Part shown: positions 11,132-20,713 of the stretch, in pieces
Layout: each line of letters opens with the position of its first letter
How positions within the stretch are numbered: position 1 is the first letter of the stretch
Position numbers and translations under genes: made by a program
Assembly: GCA_964540515.1 (NCBI GenBank)
Contig: CAZIMS010000001.1
Coordinates: forward strand, 155,218 to 219,217
Direction of reading: 5' to 3'
Length of the DNA: 64,000 bases
Source of the DNA: an uncultured Pseudomonadota bacterium
GTDB lineage: Bacteria; CALINM01
Notes under the pieces: generated by a model
What the model was told of the DNA's origin: nothing
What the model saw: the letters and a program-made list of their open reading frames with translations, nothing else
Database searches by the model: none

Positions 11132-12322
11132 CTAATCTTTTAAAATCTCCCAATCTGCATTTTTAACAACAACCATTTCAAAGGCAGTCATATCTAAACC
11201 ACAATGATCTTTTTCTGACATATTAAAGATTCCACCTGTACCTGGCCAGTTCTTAATATTTTTCTCAATATAATCTCTAATCTTTGCTTTATCTGGTCCT
11301 ACCTTTTTAAGGGCTTCAACTACCATCATAACAGCATCATAAGCATGCCCGCCGAAAGTCCCCGGCTCTGATTTAAAACGGGCCTTGTAGTCTTCTTCAT
11401 ACTTTTTAAGCAAAGCCTTCTGTGGATGTTTATCAGGCAGTTTATCCCAAACAACAAGTCTGCCAAGTGGAGCTATTACGCCTTCCGCAGCTTTACCAGC
11501 AAGCTCAATATTTTTCTTACTTCCCCAACCATGGCTTTGATACAAAGGTATCCCCAATTTTAAATCATGCCAGTTTTTTGTTACCACTACCTGACCTGGA
11601 CCTACTGACCAGTTAATTACTGCTTGGGCACCTGAAGCCTTAATCTTTGTAAGCTGTGTTGTCATATCACTATCTTTTGGGCCATATCTCTCATCGGCAA
11701 CTACCTCAATACCCCATTTTGGAGCTTCATCAAGCAAAGCCTTTCTGCCTGCATCTCCAAAGCCCGTAGAGATTGTGATTATGCCAACTTTTTTAATGCC
11801 CTTTTTCTTCATATAGTTATAGATTGCTTGAACTGCGCTCAAGTCATGTTGAGGAGTTTTAAATATCCAATACCTTTCTTCTATTGGATTTGTTATACCA
11901 TACCCCGCAGCACAGGATATAAGAGGAGTTTTGGCATTATTCATAATGGGAACTAGTGCCATAGACTCGCCTGTTGTTGATGGTCCTACAATAGCTAAAA
12001 CTTCATCTTTTTCTAATAGCTTTTTTGCTGCTAAAACAGCATCGGCTTCAACACTTTTTGAGTCTTCAATAATAATCTCCAACTTGTGTCCATTTATACC
12101 ACCTGCTGCATTGATTTGGTCCATTAACATTACTGCTGTATTCTTCTCAGGCTCACCTAAAAAGGAAGCAGCACCAGTAACAGCAAAGATAGCTCCAATC
12201 TTGTAGGGATCTTTAGCAATGCTTACTTTCGCTGTAAAAAAGAAAATTACTACTAAAATTAAAAGTTTTGCTAAAATACTACTTTTTCCCTTCATATTTC
12301 CCTCCTTTTTGTTTAATAACAA
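11132..12322 (-). CDS. Liv-type periplasmic substrate-binding protein; could bind amino acids or aromatic acids
   Basis: 396 aa with a signal peptide (ILAKLLILVVIFFFTAKVSIA). Periplasmic-binding-protein type I fold (GAIFAVTGAASFLGEP...). The true start may be the internal MKGKSS. Confidence 0.75.
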   Translation of the reverse strand: MLLNKKEGNMKGKSSILAKLLILVVIFFFTAKVSIAKDPYKIGAIFAVTGAASFLGEPEKNTAVMLMDQINAAGGINGHKLEIIIEDSKSVEADAVLAAKKLLEKDEVLAIVGPSTTGESMALVPIMNNAKTPLISCAAGYGITNPIEERYWIFKTPQHDLSAVQAIYNYMKKKGIKKVGIITISTGFGDAGRKALLDEAPKWGIEVVADERYGPKDSDMTTQLTKIKASGAQAVINWSVGPGQVVVTKNWHDLKLGIPLYQSHGWGSKKNIELAGKAAEGVIAPLGRLVVWDKLPDKHPQKALLKKYEEDYKARFKSEPGTFGGHAYDAVMMVVEALKKVGPDKAKIRDYIEKNIKNWPGTGGIFNMSEKDHCGLDMTAFEMVVVKNADWEILKD

Positions 12323-12354
12323 AATATTACTACAAAAAAAATTAAAATGCTATT

Positions 12355-12942
12355 TTATTTGGCTTCCTTAAAAAGATCTAAACCTAACTGAAATGCCTTT
12401 TTGTTTATCTCAACAGCCTTGCCTTTAACGTTTTTCTCAATTGTTTTTAAAACAGCGTTTTCTTCTAATGGTAGAAACTTTAAAGATGCTCCCAACAAAA
12501 CTACATTAAGAGCTCTCTTGTCTCCAGCTTTCACCGCCAGTTCTGTGCCATTAAAGGGATAAACCTTCCCAGCATTTTTCTTTATAATTTCATCAATATC
12601 CTCTGGATACTTTTCAGCTCCAATGGATACGGTAATACTACTAACTTTATAGGTATTATATATAACTATCCCATTTTCTTTGAGATAATGAATATATCTT
12701 GCTGTTTCTAAAGGCTCAAAACCTATGAGCAAATCAGCCTCACCTTCGCTAACTATGGGGGAGTATACCTTCTCACCAACTCTAACATGACTGATAACGC
12801 TTCCACCTCTCTGGGCCATACCATGAACCTCGCTCTGCTTAACATCAAAACCTTGATCTAACGCTGTTTCCGCAATAATTTTGCTTGTCAGTAGTACCCC
12901 TTGACCGCCTACACCAGCTATTATTATGTTTAAAACATTCAT
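12355..12942 (-). CDS. iorB: indolepyruvate:ferredoxin oxidoreductase beta subunit
   Basis: 195 aa. MNVLNIIIAGVGGQGVLLTSKII is the POR gamma-domain (pyruvate/ketoisovalerate oxidoreductase catalytic domain). Sits next to iorA. Confidence 0.8.
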   Translation of the reverse strand: MNVLNIIIAGVGGQGVLLTSKIIAETALDQGFDVKQSEVHGMAQRGGSVISHVRVGEKVYSPIVSEGEADLLIGFEPLETARYIHYLKENGIVIYNTYKVSSITVSIGAEKYPEDIDEIIKKNAGKVYPFNGTELAVKAGDKRALNVVLLGASLKFLPLEENAVLKTIEKNVKGKAVEINKKAFQLGLDLFKEAK

Positions 12943-14699
12943 TATTTACCCCCTTCAATTGCTGAAAATTTACACATCTGTTGACAAACGGTACAACCAT
13001 TACAAAGAAGCGGATCTATTTGAGTATACTTAGCGCCAGCTTTTTCAATAAAGCTTAGTGCTATACAGCCTACTTTTAAACACATCTTACAGGCTGTACA
13101 TTTCTCTTTATTTACACTAAGTGGTTTTTTAGAAACCTTGTATCTCAAAACACAGGGATCATTTGATATCAACACACTAGGGCCTTCTTTTTCCATCTCC
13201 TCCTTAAAGATCTTTTCCAACTCCTTCAAATTATATGTATCTATCTCAATTACCCTCTCAACACCTATGGCTTTACAGAGCTTTTCAATATCAAGCTTAA
13301 CTGTTGGTTCACCAGAGGCTGTTCTTCCAGTACCTGGATGCTCTTGCCCGCCTGTCATACCAGTTGTATCATTGTTCATAATAACAACTATTGCATCCCC
13401 TTGGTTATAAACCATGTCTATAAGACCAGTTATGCCAGAATGGATAAAGGTGGAATCACCAATAACAGCAACAGGTTTTTCTTTTATGTTTTGCATCTTT
13501 AGACCCACAGCCATCCCATGGGCACCAGAAACACTTGCACCCATACAGATGCAACTATGCATAGCTGTGTATGGGGGAAGGGCTCCAAGGGTATAACAAC
13601 CTATATCACCAGAAACAAAGGTTTTAAGTTTTGAAAGGACCGTGAAGAGCCCTCTATGGGAGCAACCCGGACAAAAGGTAGGAGGTCTTTTTGTAAGATT
13701 TGTTAGCGGTTCCTTTGATTTTGTTTTTTCACCAGAAATTACTTTGTAAACTAAAGTCTTTGTATATTCTCCACAAAGGGGAAACTTATTTTTTCCTATA
13801 TGAACTTTCACACCCATAGCCTTGATTGAATCCTCAAAGAAAGGGTCTAACTGTTCAACAACAACTAATTTTTTTACACTTTTAGCAAACTCTTTAATCT
13901 TTTTTTCTGGCAGTGGCCATGTCATACCTAATTTTAAAATAGATGCCTCTGGAAATGCTTCCTTCGCATATTGATATGAGATACCGCTTGTTATAATGCC
14001 TAAGGAAGATGCGCCCTTTTCCCAAATGTTTAGTTCCGTTTTTTCTGCAAAATCTTTTAGTTTCAGCAACCTTTCTTCAATAATAACATGCCTTTTTTGT
14101 GCGTTAACAGGAAGCATTACATATTTTAAAAAATCTCTTTGAAGTCCTTTGTCTTCTACTGTTTTTTCCTTTTCTAACTCAACAACCCCTTTGCAATGGG
14201 AAATTCTTGTAGTTGTTCTTAGTATAACAGGTGTATCAAACATCTCGCTTATTTCAAAACCAATCCTAACAAAATCTTTTGCCTCTTGAGAATCCGATGG
14301 TTCAAGACAAGGGATTTTTGCAAATCTTGCGTAATGACGGGTATCTTGCTCATTTTGAGAGCTATACATTCCAGGATCATCGGCAACCATTAGTATTAAT
14401 CCACCATTGACCCCTGTGTAGCTTACTGTCATTAAAGAATCGGCAGCTACGTTAACGCCAACATGTTTCATACATGCCATAGAGCGAACACCCGCAATAG
14501 ACCCACCAATAGCAACTTCTAAGGCAACCTTTTCATTAGGTGCCCACTCAGCATGGATCCCTTTACTCCTATACTCAGCAGCAAGTGTCTCTGTCACTTC
14601 GGTAGAGGGAGTACCAGGATAGGATGAAACAACCTTCCCTCCAGCCTCATAAAAACCTCTTGCTATTGCCTCATTTCCTGAAAGTATTGCCTTCATCAA
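12942..14699 (-). CDS. iorA: indolepyruvate:ferredoxin oxidoreductase alpha subunit (TPP plus two 4Fe-4S clusters)
   Basis: 585 aa. TPP-binding GDSTFIHSG region. C-terminal twin ferredoxin motifs CTACKMCLKVGC...CNGCTVCQQMCKFSA. Confidence 0.85.
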   Translation of the reverse strand: MMKAILSGNEAIARGFYEAGGKVVSSYPGTPSTEVTETLAAEYRSKGIHAEWAPNEKVALEVAIGGSIAGVRSMACMKHVGVNVAADSLMTVSYTGVNGGLILMVADDPGMYSSQNEQDTRHYARFAKIPCLEPSDSQEAKDFVRIGFEISEMFDTPVILRTTTRISHCKGVVELEKEKTVEDKGLQRDFLKYVMLPVNAQKRHVIIEERLLKLKDFAEKTELNIWEKGASSLGIITSGISYQYAKEAFPEASILKLGMTWPLPEKKIKEFAKSVKKLVVVEQLDPFFEDSIKAMGVKVHIGKNKFPLCGEYTKTLVYKVISGEKTKSKEPLTNLTKRPPTFCPGCSHRGLFTVLSKLKTFVSGDIGCYTLGALPPYTAMHSCICMGASVSGAHGMAVGLKMQNIKEKPVAVIGDSTFIHSGITGLIDMVYNQGDAIVVIMNNDTTGMTGGQEHPGTGRTASGEPTVKLDIEKLCKAIGVERVIEIDTYNLKELEKIFKEEMEKEGPSVLISNDPCVLRYKVSKKPLSVNKEKCTACKMCLKVGCIALSFIEKAGAKYTQIDPLLCNGCTVCQQMCKFSAIEGGK

Positions 14700-14775
14700 T
14701 CCTCCTCATTTTTAAAATATTACCAATTTATTTAACTTGGTTATGAAAAATCACTAACTACCTATCATCTTAATC

Positions 14776-16125
14776 TCATTCCTTAGGCCTATTATCTATT
14801 ACTCTTTTTGCCTTACCCTCACTTCTTGCTATTGTCTGAGGTGGCATAAGTATTATATAGCAATTAACTCCTATAATCTCTTTAATGTTTTTCTGGACTA
14901 CATTTTTTAGCTTTCTCATCTCATCGGTTTCTCCAGCAAACCTCTTTCCATCTTCTGAAAGCATTGTTTTACAATATTTTTCTGTAAACTCTGGAGTAAC
15001 CTCAACCTGAACGGTAATCTCATCAAGTCTACCCTTTCTATCAACAATAATCATATAATGAGGAGCTATTTCTTGAGATTTTAAGAGCACCGATTCAACC
15101 TGAGATGGAAATACATTTACGCCTCTAATTATTAACATATCATCACTTCTGCCTCTAACTCTATCCATTCTAACAAAAGTTCTACCACAGATACATTTTT
15201 CTGGGTTTAATTTTGTAATATCTTTAACTCTATAGCGAATAAGCGGGATGCCTTCTTTAGCAAGGGTTGTTAAAACAAGCTCTCCTTCTGCGCCATATGG
15301 CAAAGATTCTCCGGTATCGGGATCTATAATTTCAGGATAAAATAAATCTTCATTGATATGTAAACCACTCTGTGCCTCTTCACATTCATAGGAAACTCCA
15401 GGTCCTGTAATCTCACTTAAGCCATAAATATCTATTGCCTTAATATTTAAGTGTTTTTCTATGTCTTTTCTCATCGCATCTGTCCAAGGCTCGGCACCAA
15501 ATATACCAACCCTTAATTTTAATGATTGGGGGTTTATACACATCTTTTGCATCTCATCGTATATATAAAGAGCAAAAGAGGGGGTAGAACAAAGAACTGT
15601 GCTTCCAAAATCCTGCATAAGCATAATCTGCTTTTGAGTCTGTCCGCCAGATATGGGAATAACAGCTGCACCAATTTTTTCAGCTCCATAATGAGCCCCA
15701 AGTCCACCTGTAAAAAGTCCGTATCCGTAGGCATTCTGAACAATATCATACTTTGTAACCCCTGCTGCGCTCATAGTTCTTGCCATAGATTCTGCCCACA
15801 TCTCAATATCATATCTTGTATATCCTACCACTGTTGGCTTACCTGTAGTCCCAGAGGAGGCATGAATTCTTATTATATTAGAAAGTGGCTCTGCAAAAAG
15901 GTTGAAAGGATAGTTGTCTCTTAAATCTAACTTTGTGGTAAAAGGTAGTTTTACAATATCATCTATAGATTTTATATCAGAAGGTTTTATCCCTTTCTCA
16001 TCAAAGGCTTTCTTGTAAAAAGGAACTCTCTCATAAACCCTCTCACATACATGTCTTAATCTCTGAGACTGAACCTTTTTAAGCTCTTCTCTGTTCAATG
16101 TTTCAATATCACTCCAGATAGGCAT
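14776..16125 (-). CDS. paaK: phenylacetate-CoA ligase
   Basis: 449 aa. N-terminus [25 protein letters not shown] and internal [12 protein letters not shown]-binding motif are characteristic of the PaaK family. Confidence 0.85.
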   Translation of the reverse strand: MPIWSDIETLNREELKKVQSQRLRHVCERVYERVPFYKKAFDEKGIKPSDIKSIDDIVKLPFTTKLDLRDNYPFNLFAEPLSNIIRIHASSGTTGKPTVVGYTRYDIEMWAESMARTMSAAGVTKYDIVQNAYGYGLFTGGLGAHYGAEKIGAAVIPISGGQTQKQIMLMQDFGSTVLCSTPSFALYIYDEMQKMCINPQSLKLRVGIFGAEPWTDAMRKDIEKHLNIKAIDIYGLSEITGPGVSYECEEAQSGLHINEDLFYPEIIDPDTGESLPYGAEGELVLTTLAKEGIPLIRYRVKDITKLNPEKCICGRTFVRMDRVRGRSDDMLIIRGVNVFPSQVESVLLKSQEIAPHYMIIVDRKGRLDEITVQVEVTPEFTEKYCKTMLSEDGKRFAGETDEMRKLKNVVQKNIKEIIGVNCYIILMPPQTIARSEGKAKRVIDNRPKE

Positions 16126-16143
16126 TTTTCTTCCTCCTTCTAT

Positions 16144-17013
16144 TTAATCTTTTTTTGTATAGTCATAAAAGCCTTTACCTGCCTTCATCCCTAAATACCC
16201 CGCCTTCACCATCTTTCTCATAATATCAGGAGGATTAAAGCGTGGGTCCTTTGTATACTCGTAGAAAATATTCCCCACATAATAGGCTATCTCAACCCCA
16301 GTAAAATCCATTAATTTTAATGGTCCCATTGGCATGTTTGTGCCTAAAACCATTGCACTATCGATGTCTTCAGCCGATGCAACGCCAGCTTCATAAAGCC
16401 TTGCGGCATCAAGCATCATTGGAACAAGCAATCTATTGACTATAAAGCCTGGTGTGTCTTTACATAAAACACTTGTCTTACCAAGCTTATCGGAAAGTGC
16501 CCTTGCAAGTTTTATTGTCTCTTCGTCTGTCTGTAAGGCCGGTATTATTTCCACAAGTTTCATTACTGGTACAGGATTAAAAAAGTGCATACCTATAAAC
16601 TTATTGGGTCTTTTGCAAAAAGATGCCATCTCAGTAATTGAGAGAGAAGAGGTATTGCTTGCATAAACTACATAATCCTTTGTTACATTATCCAATCTCT
16701 GAAAAAGCTCCTTCTTGACCTCTATATTCTCAAAGACAGCTTCAATCACAAAATCTACATCGCCAAAGCCAGAGACATCGGTATAAAAGGAAATCCTCGT
16801 TAAGATAGTATCTCTCTCTTCAACTGTCATCTTGCCCTTATCAACAAGCCTCTTTATACCACCTTCTATAATATTTTTTCCTCTTTTTATGGCCTCCTCA
16901 TTAGCCTCTAAAACTTTAACTGTAAAGCCTGTCTGTGCGGAAACCTGAATTATCCCAGCACCCATTGATCCGCTGCCACAGACACCTATAACTTTGATAT
17001 CACTTAACTCCAT
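16144..17013 (-). CDS. 3-hydroxyacyl-CoA dehydrogenase (Hbd/Had-like)
   Basis: 289 aa. Rossmann motif VIGVCGSGSMGAGI. 3HCDH N- and C-domains. Confidence 0.8.
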   Translation of the reverse strand: MELSDIKVIGVCGSGSMGAGIIQVSAQTGFTVKVLEANEEAIKRGKNIIEGGIKRLVDKGKMTVEERDTILTRISFYTDVSGFGDVDFVIEAVFENIEVKKELFQRLDNVTKDYVVYASNTSSLSITEMASFCKRPNKFIGMHFFNPVPVMKLVEIIPALQTDEETIKLARALSDKLGKTSVLCKDTPGFIVNRLLVPMMLDAARLYEAGVASAEDIDSAMVLGTNMPMGPLKLMDFTGVEIAYYVGNIFYEYTKDPRFNPPDIMRKMVKAGYLGMKAGKGFYDYTKKD

Positions 17014-17032
17014 AAACTCCTCCTAAAAAATT

Positions 17033-17815
17033 TTATTTTCCTGTAAAATTTGGTTTTCTTTTCTCTATAAAGGCTTTTAGACCTTCTTTAGCATCGGCAG
17101 TTTTAAAGACCTCCACAAACCCACCTTTGTCAAGTTTAAGAGCTTCTTTAATCGGCAAATCAAAACCTACATTTAAACATCTTTTTATAATACCCATTGC
17201 TTTTGTAGCACCTTTAGTTAATTTTTTTGCAAACTTTATTGATTCTGCCATTAAATCTTGTGGTTCAAATAAAGCATCTACAAGACCAATATTTAAGGCT
17301 TCTTCTGGGCTAAGCATAGTTCTATTAATAAGCAAATCTAAAGCCTTAGGTCCCAACAATCTTCCTAATCTCTGAACTCCACCAGCTCCAGGAATTATAC
17401 CTAATGTAACCTCAGGTAGTCCAATTTTATGTTCTCCCTTTGCCATAAATCTATAATCACAGGCAAGTGCAAGCTCACAACCACCACCTAAGGCAAAACC
17501 ATTCATAGTGGCAATAACTATCTTTTCTAACTCACTGATTTTATGAAAGCTCTCTTGAAAAAATTCTGTTACTTCATGGGCATCCTTTTCTGTCATTGTG
17601 GCTATCATTTTAATATCAGCACCGGCTACAAAAAATTTCTCAATGGCACTTGTAATAATTATAACCTTTGCGCTTTCATCCTTTTTTAGCTCTTCAAAGG
17701 CACTATTAATCTCTCCTACAAAGTCTCTATTTATTGGATTTGTAGGCGGTCTATTCATTTTTATTACTGCTACGGCTTCATCTTTTTCAATTGTCAGAAA
17801 ACTATATACTCCCAT
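17033..17815 (-). CDS. enoyl-CoA hydratase (crotonase / dienoyl-CoA hydratase Dch-like)
   Basis: 260 aa. Crotonase fold ALGGGCELALACDYR with oxyanion-hole glycines and catalytic glutamate context. Confidence 0.8.
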   Translation of the reverse strand: MGVYSFLTIEKDEAVAVIKMNRPPTNPINRDFVGEINSAFEELKKDESAKVIIITSAIEKFFVAGADIKMIATMTEKDAHEVTEFFQESFHKISELEKIVIATMNGFALGGGCELALACDYRFMAKGEHKIGLPEVTLGIIPGAGGVQRLGRLLGPKALDLLINRTMLSPEEALNIGLVDALFEPQDLMAESIKFAKKLTKGATKAMGIIKRCLNVGFDLPIKEALKLDKGGFVEVFKTADAKEGLKAFIEKRKPNFTGK

Positions 17816-17885
17816 ATAACCTCCATAATATTTAAGTGAAAAGGTCAGAAACTAAAAAACTTATACCTTTTCCATAGCTAAAACA

Positions 17886-19460
17886 CTACTTCCTCATCTC
17901 ATTACCGTAGGTCTCTCTTAAAATTCTATGTAAGATTTTTCCTGCTCCACTTCTTGGCATCTCTTCATCTTTAATAAATATTACTTCTTTTGGTATCTTG
18001 AAACCTGCAATCTTACCCTTGCAATGCTCTATAATCTCTCTATCTGTTGCTGATTTGCCTTGATGTAATACAACTACTGCTGTAACCTGTTCACCCCACT
18101 TTTCATGGGGCACACCAATTACAGCCACATCTTTAACGGCAGGATGAGAGCCTACCGCATTCTCTACTTCCGAGGGATATACATTCTCTCCGCCAGTAAT
18201 AATCATATTTGCCTTTCTATCTACAAGATAGAAAAAGCCATCTTCGTCTTTATAAGCCATATCGCCAGCGCTGAAATACTCTCCTTTAAAAGCCTTTGCA
18301 GTCTTTTCAGGCTCATCCCAGTATCCAGAAAACATCATTGGTCCCTTTGAATAAAGCTCGCCAACCTCACCTATCCTTACCTCTTCTCCATTCTCATCAA
18401 GTAATCTAATCCTTCCAATACCTATAACCTCTCTTCCGATGGAGCCTAACTTTGATAGCTGCTCATGGGGTCTTAAGATGGTTACAATACCTGCTTCTGT
18501 AGAACCGTAGGCTTCATAAAGTTGTGAGTTTTTGAAAAACTCAAGAATTTGTAGCTTCGTATCCCTCCTTACTGGTGCAGAGGAACAGAGAAGCTTATTT
18601 ATACAGTCAACGTTATATCTTGCCTTTACAATGTCTGGTAGAGCAAGAATCATTATATAATGTGTTGGTACAAGAGATGTAAAAGTAATTCTTTCTTCTG
18701 AGATTGTTTTTAACAAATCTTCTGGATCAAAACTTTTCATAGGATAGACATAGCAGGTTGCCCCTAAGTAGGTAAAAGTAAAACCATAATAAACAGAGTT
18801 TATATGACATAGGGGCATTACTACCATACCTATATCTCTTTCATCAAACCCCTTCTCGTAGGCTGTTACTAAAAACTGAGCTACAAGTGACTCGTGTGTT
18901 TTTATAACTCCCTTTGGAAGACCTGTTGTGCCGCCTGTATACATTATTATCCAGATATCCTTACTATCAATTAAAACATCTGGCTCAAGGGAGCTTGCCT
19001 TCTCAATCAATCCTTCATAAAGATAGGTAGTTTCATCTTCACAATCACATTCACCTTCCTTGGTGCCAAACTTAATATATATCTTTACTTCAGGTATATC
19101 TCTGCTTAGGAGATTAACGGTATCTTTAAAATCTTCAGAATAGATAAGGGCTTTTGCTCCTGAATGGTTTATCACATATTTCATTTCTGGCGGAGCAAGC
19201 CTAAACATAATAGGCACTATAATAAAGCCACCCTTTGCTGAGGCTGCATAAATCTCCATCCACTCAATACAGTTATATGCTAGGACAGCTACTCTATCAC
19301 CCTTCTCAATACCCAGACCTTTAAGGGAGTTAGCAATTTTATTTGCCCTTTCGTTCCATTCTTTAAAGGTTATTTTTCTATTTTTGTCCAGTGTTGCTAT
19401 TTTATTTGGCCTTCTTTCTGCAAAAGTTTTGATAGTTTCGCCTATGGTTACCCAGCCCAT
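17886..19460 (-). CDS. AMP-forming acyl-CoA ligase; aromatic acid (benzoate-type) CoA ligase candidate
   Basis: 524 aa. ANL superfamily with YTGGTTGLPKGV (P-loop-like AMP motif) and C-terminal GAGKILHR. Confidence 0.75.
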   Translation of the reverse strand: MGWVTIGETIKTFAERRPNKIATLDKNRKITFKEWNERANKIANSLKGLGIEKGDRVAVLAYNCIEWMEIYAASAKGGFIIVPIMFRLAPPEMKYVINHSGAKALIYSEDFKDTVNLLSRDIPEVKIYIKFGTKEGECDCEDETTYLYEGLIEKASSLEPDVLIDSKDIWIIMYTGGTTGLPKGVIKTHESLVAQFLVTAYEKGFDERDIGMVVMPLCHINSVYYGFTFTYLGATCYVYPMKSFDPEDLLKTISEERITFTSLVPTHYIMILALPDIVKARYNVDCINKLLCSSAPVRRDTKLQILEFFKNSQLYEAYGSTEAGIVTILRPHEQLSKLGSIGREVIGIGRIRLLDENGEEVRIGEVGELYSKGPMMFSGYWDEPEKTAKAFKGEYFSAGDMAYKDEDGFFYLVDRKANMIITGGENVYPSEVENAVGSHPAVKDVAVIGVPHEKWGEQVTAVVVLHQGKSATDREIIEHCKGKIAGFKIPKEVIFIKDEEMPRSGAGKILHRILRETYGNEMRK

Positions 19461-19461
19461 G

Positions 19462-20673
19462 CTATTTCCTCCCCATTATAATCATATGGCTGAAATCTTT
19501 AATTCTATCTATCACCCTATTTCTATCATAGCCACTTTGGTCGTTATGATCAGACTCTATTATCAAGGAAGGAACTCCTAAGCTATCTCTTATAATTTTT
19601 GAAAGTTCAGGCTGAACAAGGGAGTAAGGCTTGCAGCTTTTATCGGAATGAAAAATAATGCCATCAACCTTATATTGCTTTATCAAGTCCTGCATAAGCT
19701 GCCATCTTCTTTCTATTTGTACATTTAGAAATCCTGAACCTAGATAGTATCCAAAGCTTCTTATAGGATTTTCTTCATCTACAACACCCATAAAACGTGG
19801 TCCCCAAGCCTGAGTATAGGTATCAATAACAAAAATTATTCCGTAATGCTCAAGCTCATCAAATAGCCTTAAATCAAACCAGATTGGGAGATTGTCCCAA
19901 AGAAGTCTTGCCTTCTCCTCTGCTACAGGAAAATCTTTATTTAGAATTCTCTCTTTAAGTTCATCCCTCAAAAACCTTAAATGTTCTATATATTGTTCTG
20001 TGCCTCGAAGGGAAACCATTGGAAACATATGGGTAAATATATCTCCAGCGTTCATTGGACAGGGCACATGTGCTCTTAGCTCTAATATCTCTGCCCACAA
20101 CCTTTTCCCTTCGTTGGATATCCTTACAATCTCTGAAAATTTATCTCTATTGAACTTATTGCCTGTTTTTCCCTCGACAAAATCAATCATTCTCTTAAGC
20201 TCTTCTTCCATATAGTCAAGGTGGTGTCCTTCAGACTCCATTTTTACTTGAGGGGCATCTATTACAAAGGTTGGCACACTATAAAGCTTTTCTACAGCCC
20301 TCCACCATGTCATAATCATAATACAGGAGTTTGTCGTTTCTACCTGAATTGTAGGGAGAGGCAACTCTCCTACTGGACCTTTTTTAGCTAAGAGTGACCC
20401 AATATTTACCCTTGCATAAGAGCAAATATCGTTGCTAAAGCCATCTTGTTCTGCTATTTGTGATAGCTCGGGGGTTATTTTCTGAGCACCACAGAGGGCT
20501 CCATAATTTTCTGGATAAAAAGGGAAAACATCCATTGCATAAAAGATCTCACAGGGCACCCCCACATTAAGCCAAGCTGTTGGTTTTCCATCCTTTGACC
20601 AGGCAAAATAGTCATCGTAATAATTTTTTATAAGTTTCTTTAAACTTTCTGTAGCCTTTAACCTTTTGCCCAT
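19462..20673 (-). CDS. 2-hydroxyacyl-CoA dehydratase / benzoyl-CoA reductase BcrB(HgdA)-family subunit
   Basis: 403 aa. N-terminal ...AWLNVGVPCEIFYAMDVFPFYPENYGA and conserved Cys pattern of the HgdAB/BcrBC [4Fe-4S] family. Confidence 0.65.
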   Translation of the reverse strand: MGKRLKATESLKKLIKNYYDDYFAWSKDGKPTAWLNVGVPCEIFYAMDVFPFYPENYGALCGAQKITPELSQIAEQDGFSNDICSYARVNIGSLLAKKGPVGELPLPTIQVETTNSCIMIMTWWRAVEKLYSVPTFVIDAPQVKMESEGHHLDYMEEELKRMIDFVEGKTGNKFNRDKFSEIVRISNEGKRLWAEILELRAHVPCPMNAGDIFTHMFPMVSLRGTEQYIEHLRFLRDELKERILNKDFPVAEEKARLLWDNLPIWFDLRLFDELEHYGIIFVIDTYTQAWGPRFMGVVDEENPIRSFGYYLGSGFLNVQIERRWQLMQDLIKQYKVDGIIFHSDKSCKPYSLVQPELSKIIRDSLGVPSLIIESDHNDQSGYDRNRVIDRIKDFSHMIIMGRK

Positions 20674-20713
20674 CTTAGCTCCTTAAGAAACTTCTTATCC
20701 CTTTGCCCATAGT

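Noticed and set aside
7781-12322. Annotating the ABC transporter firmly as LivFGMHK branched-chain amino-acid permease
   Set aside because: HAAT-family systems embedded in aromatic clusters import aromatic acids in other anaerobes. Sequence alone cannot fix the substrate, so the gene symbols are family-level only.
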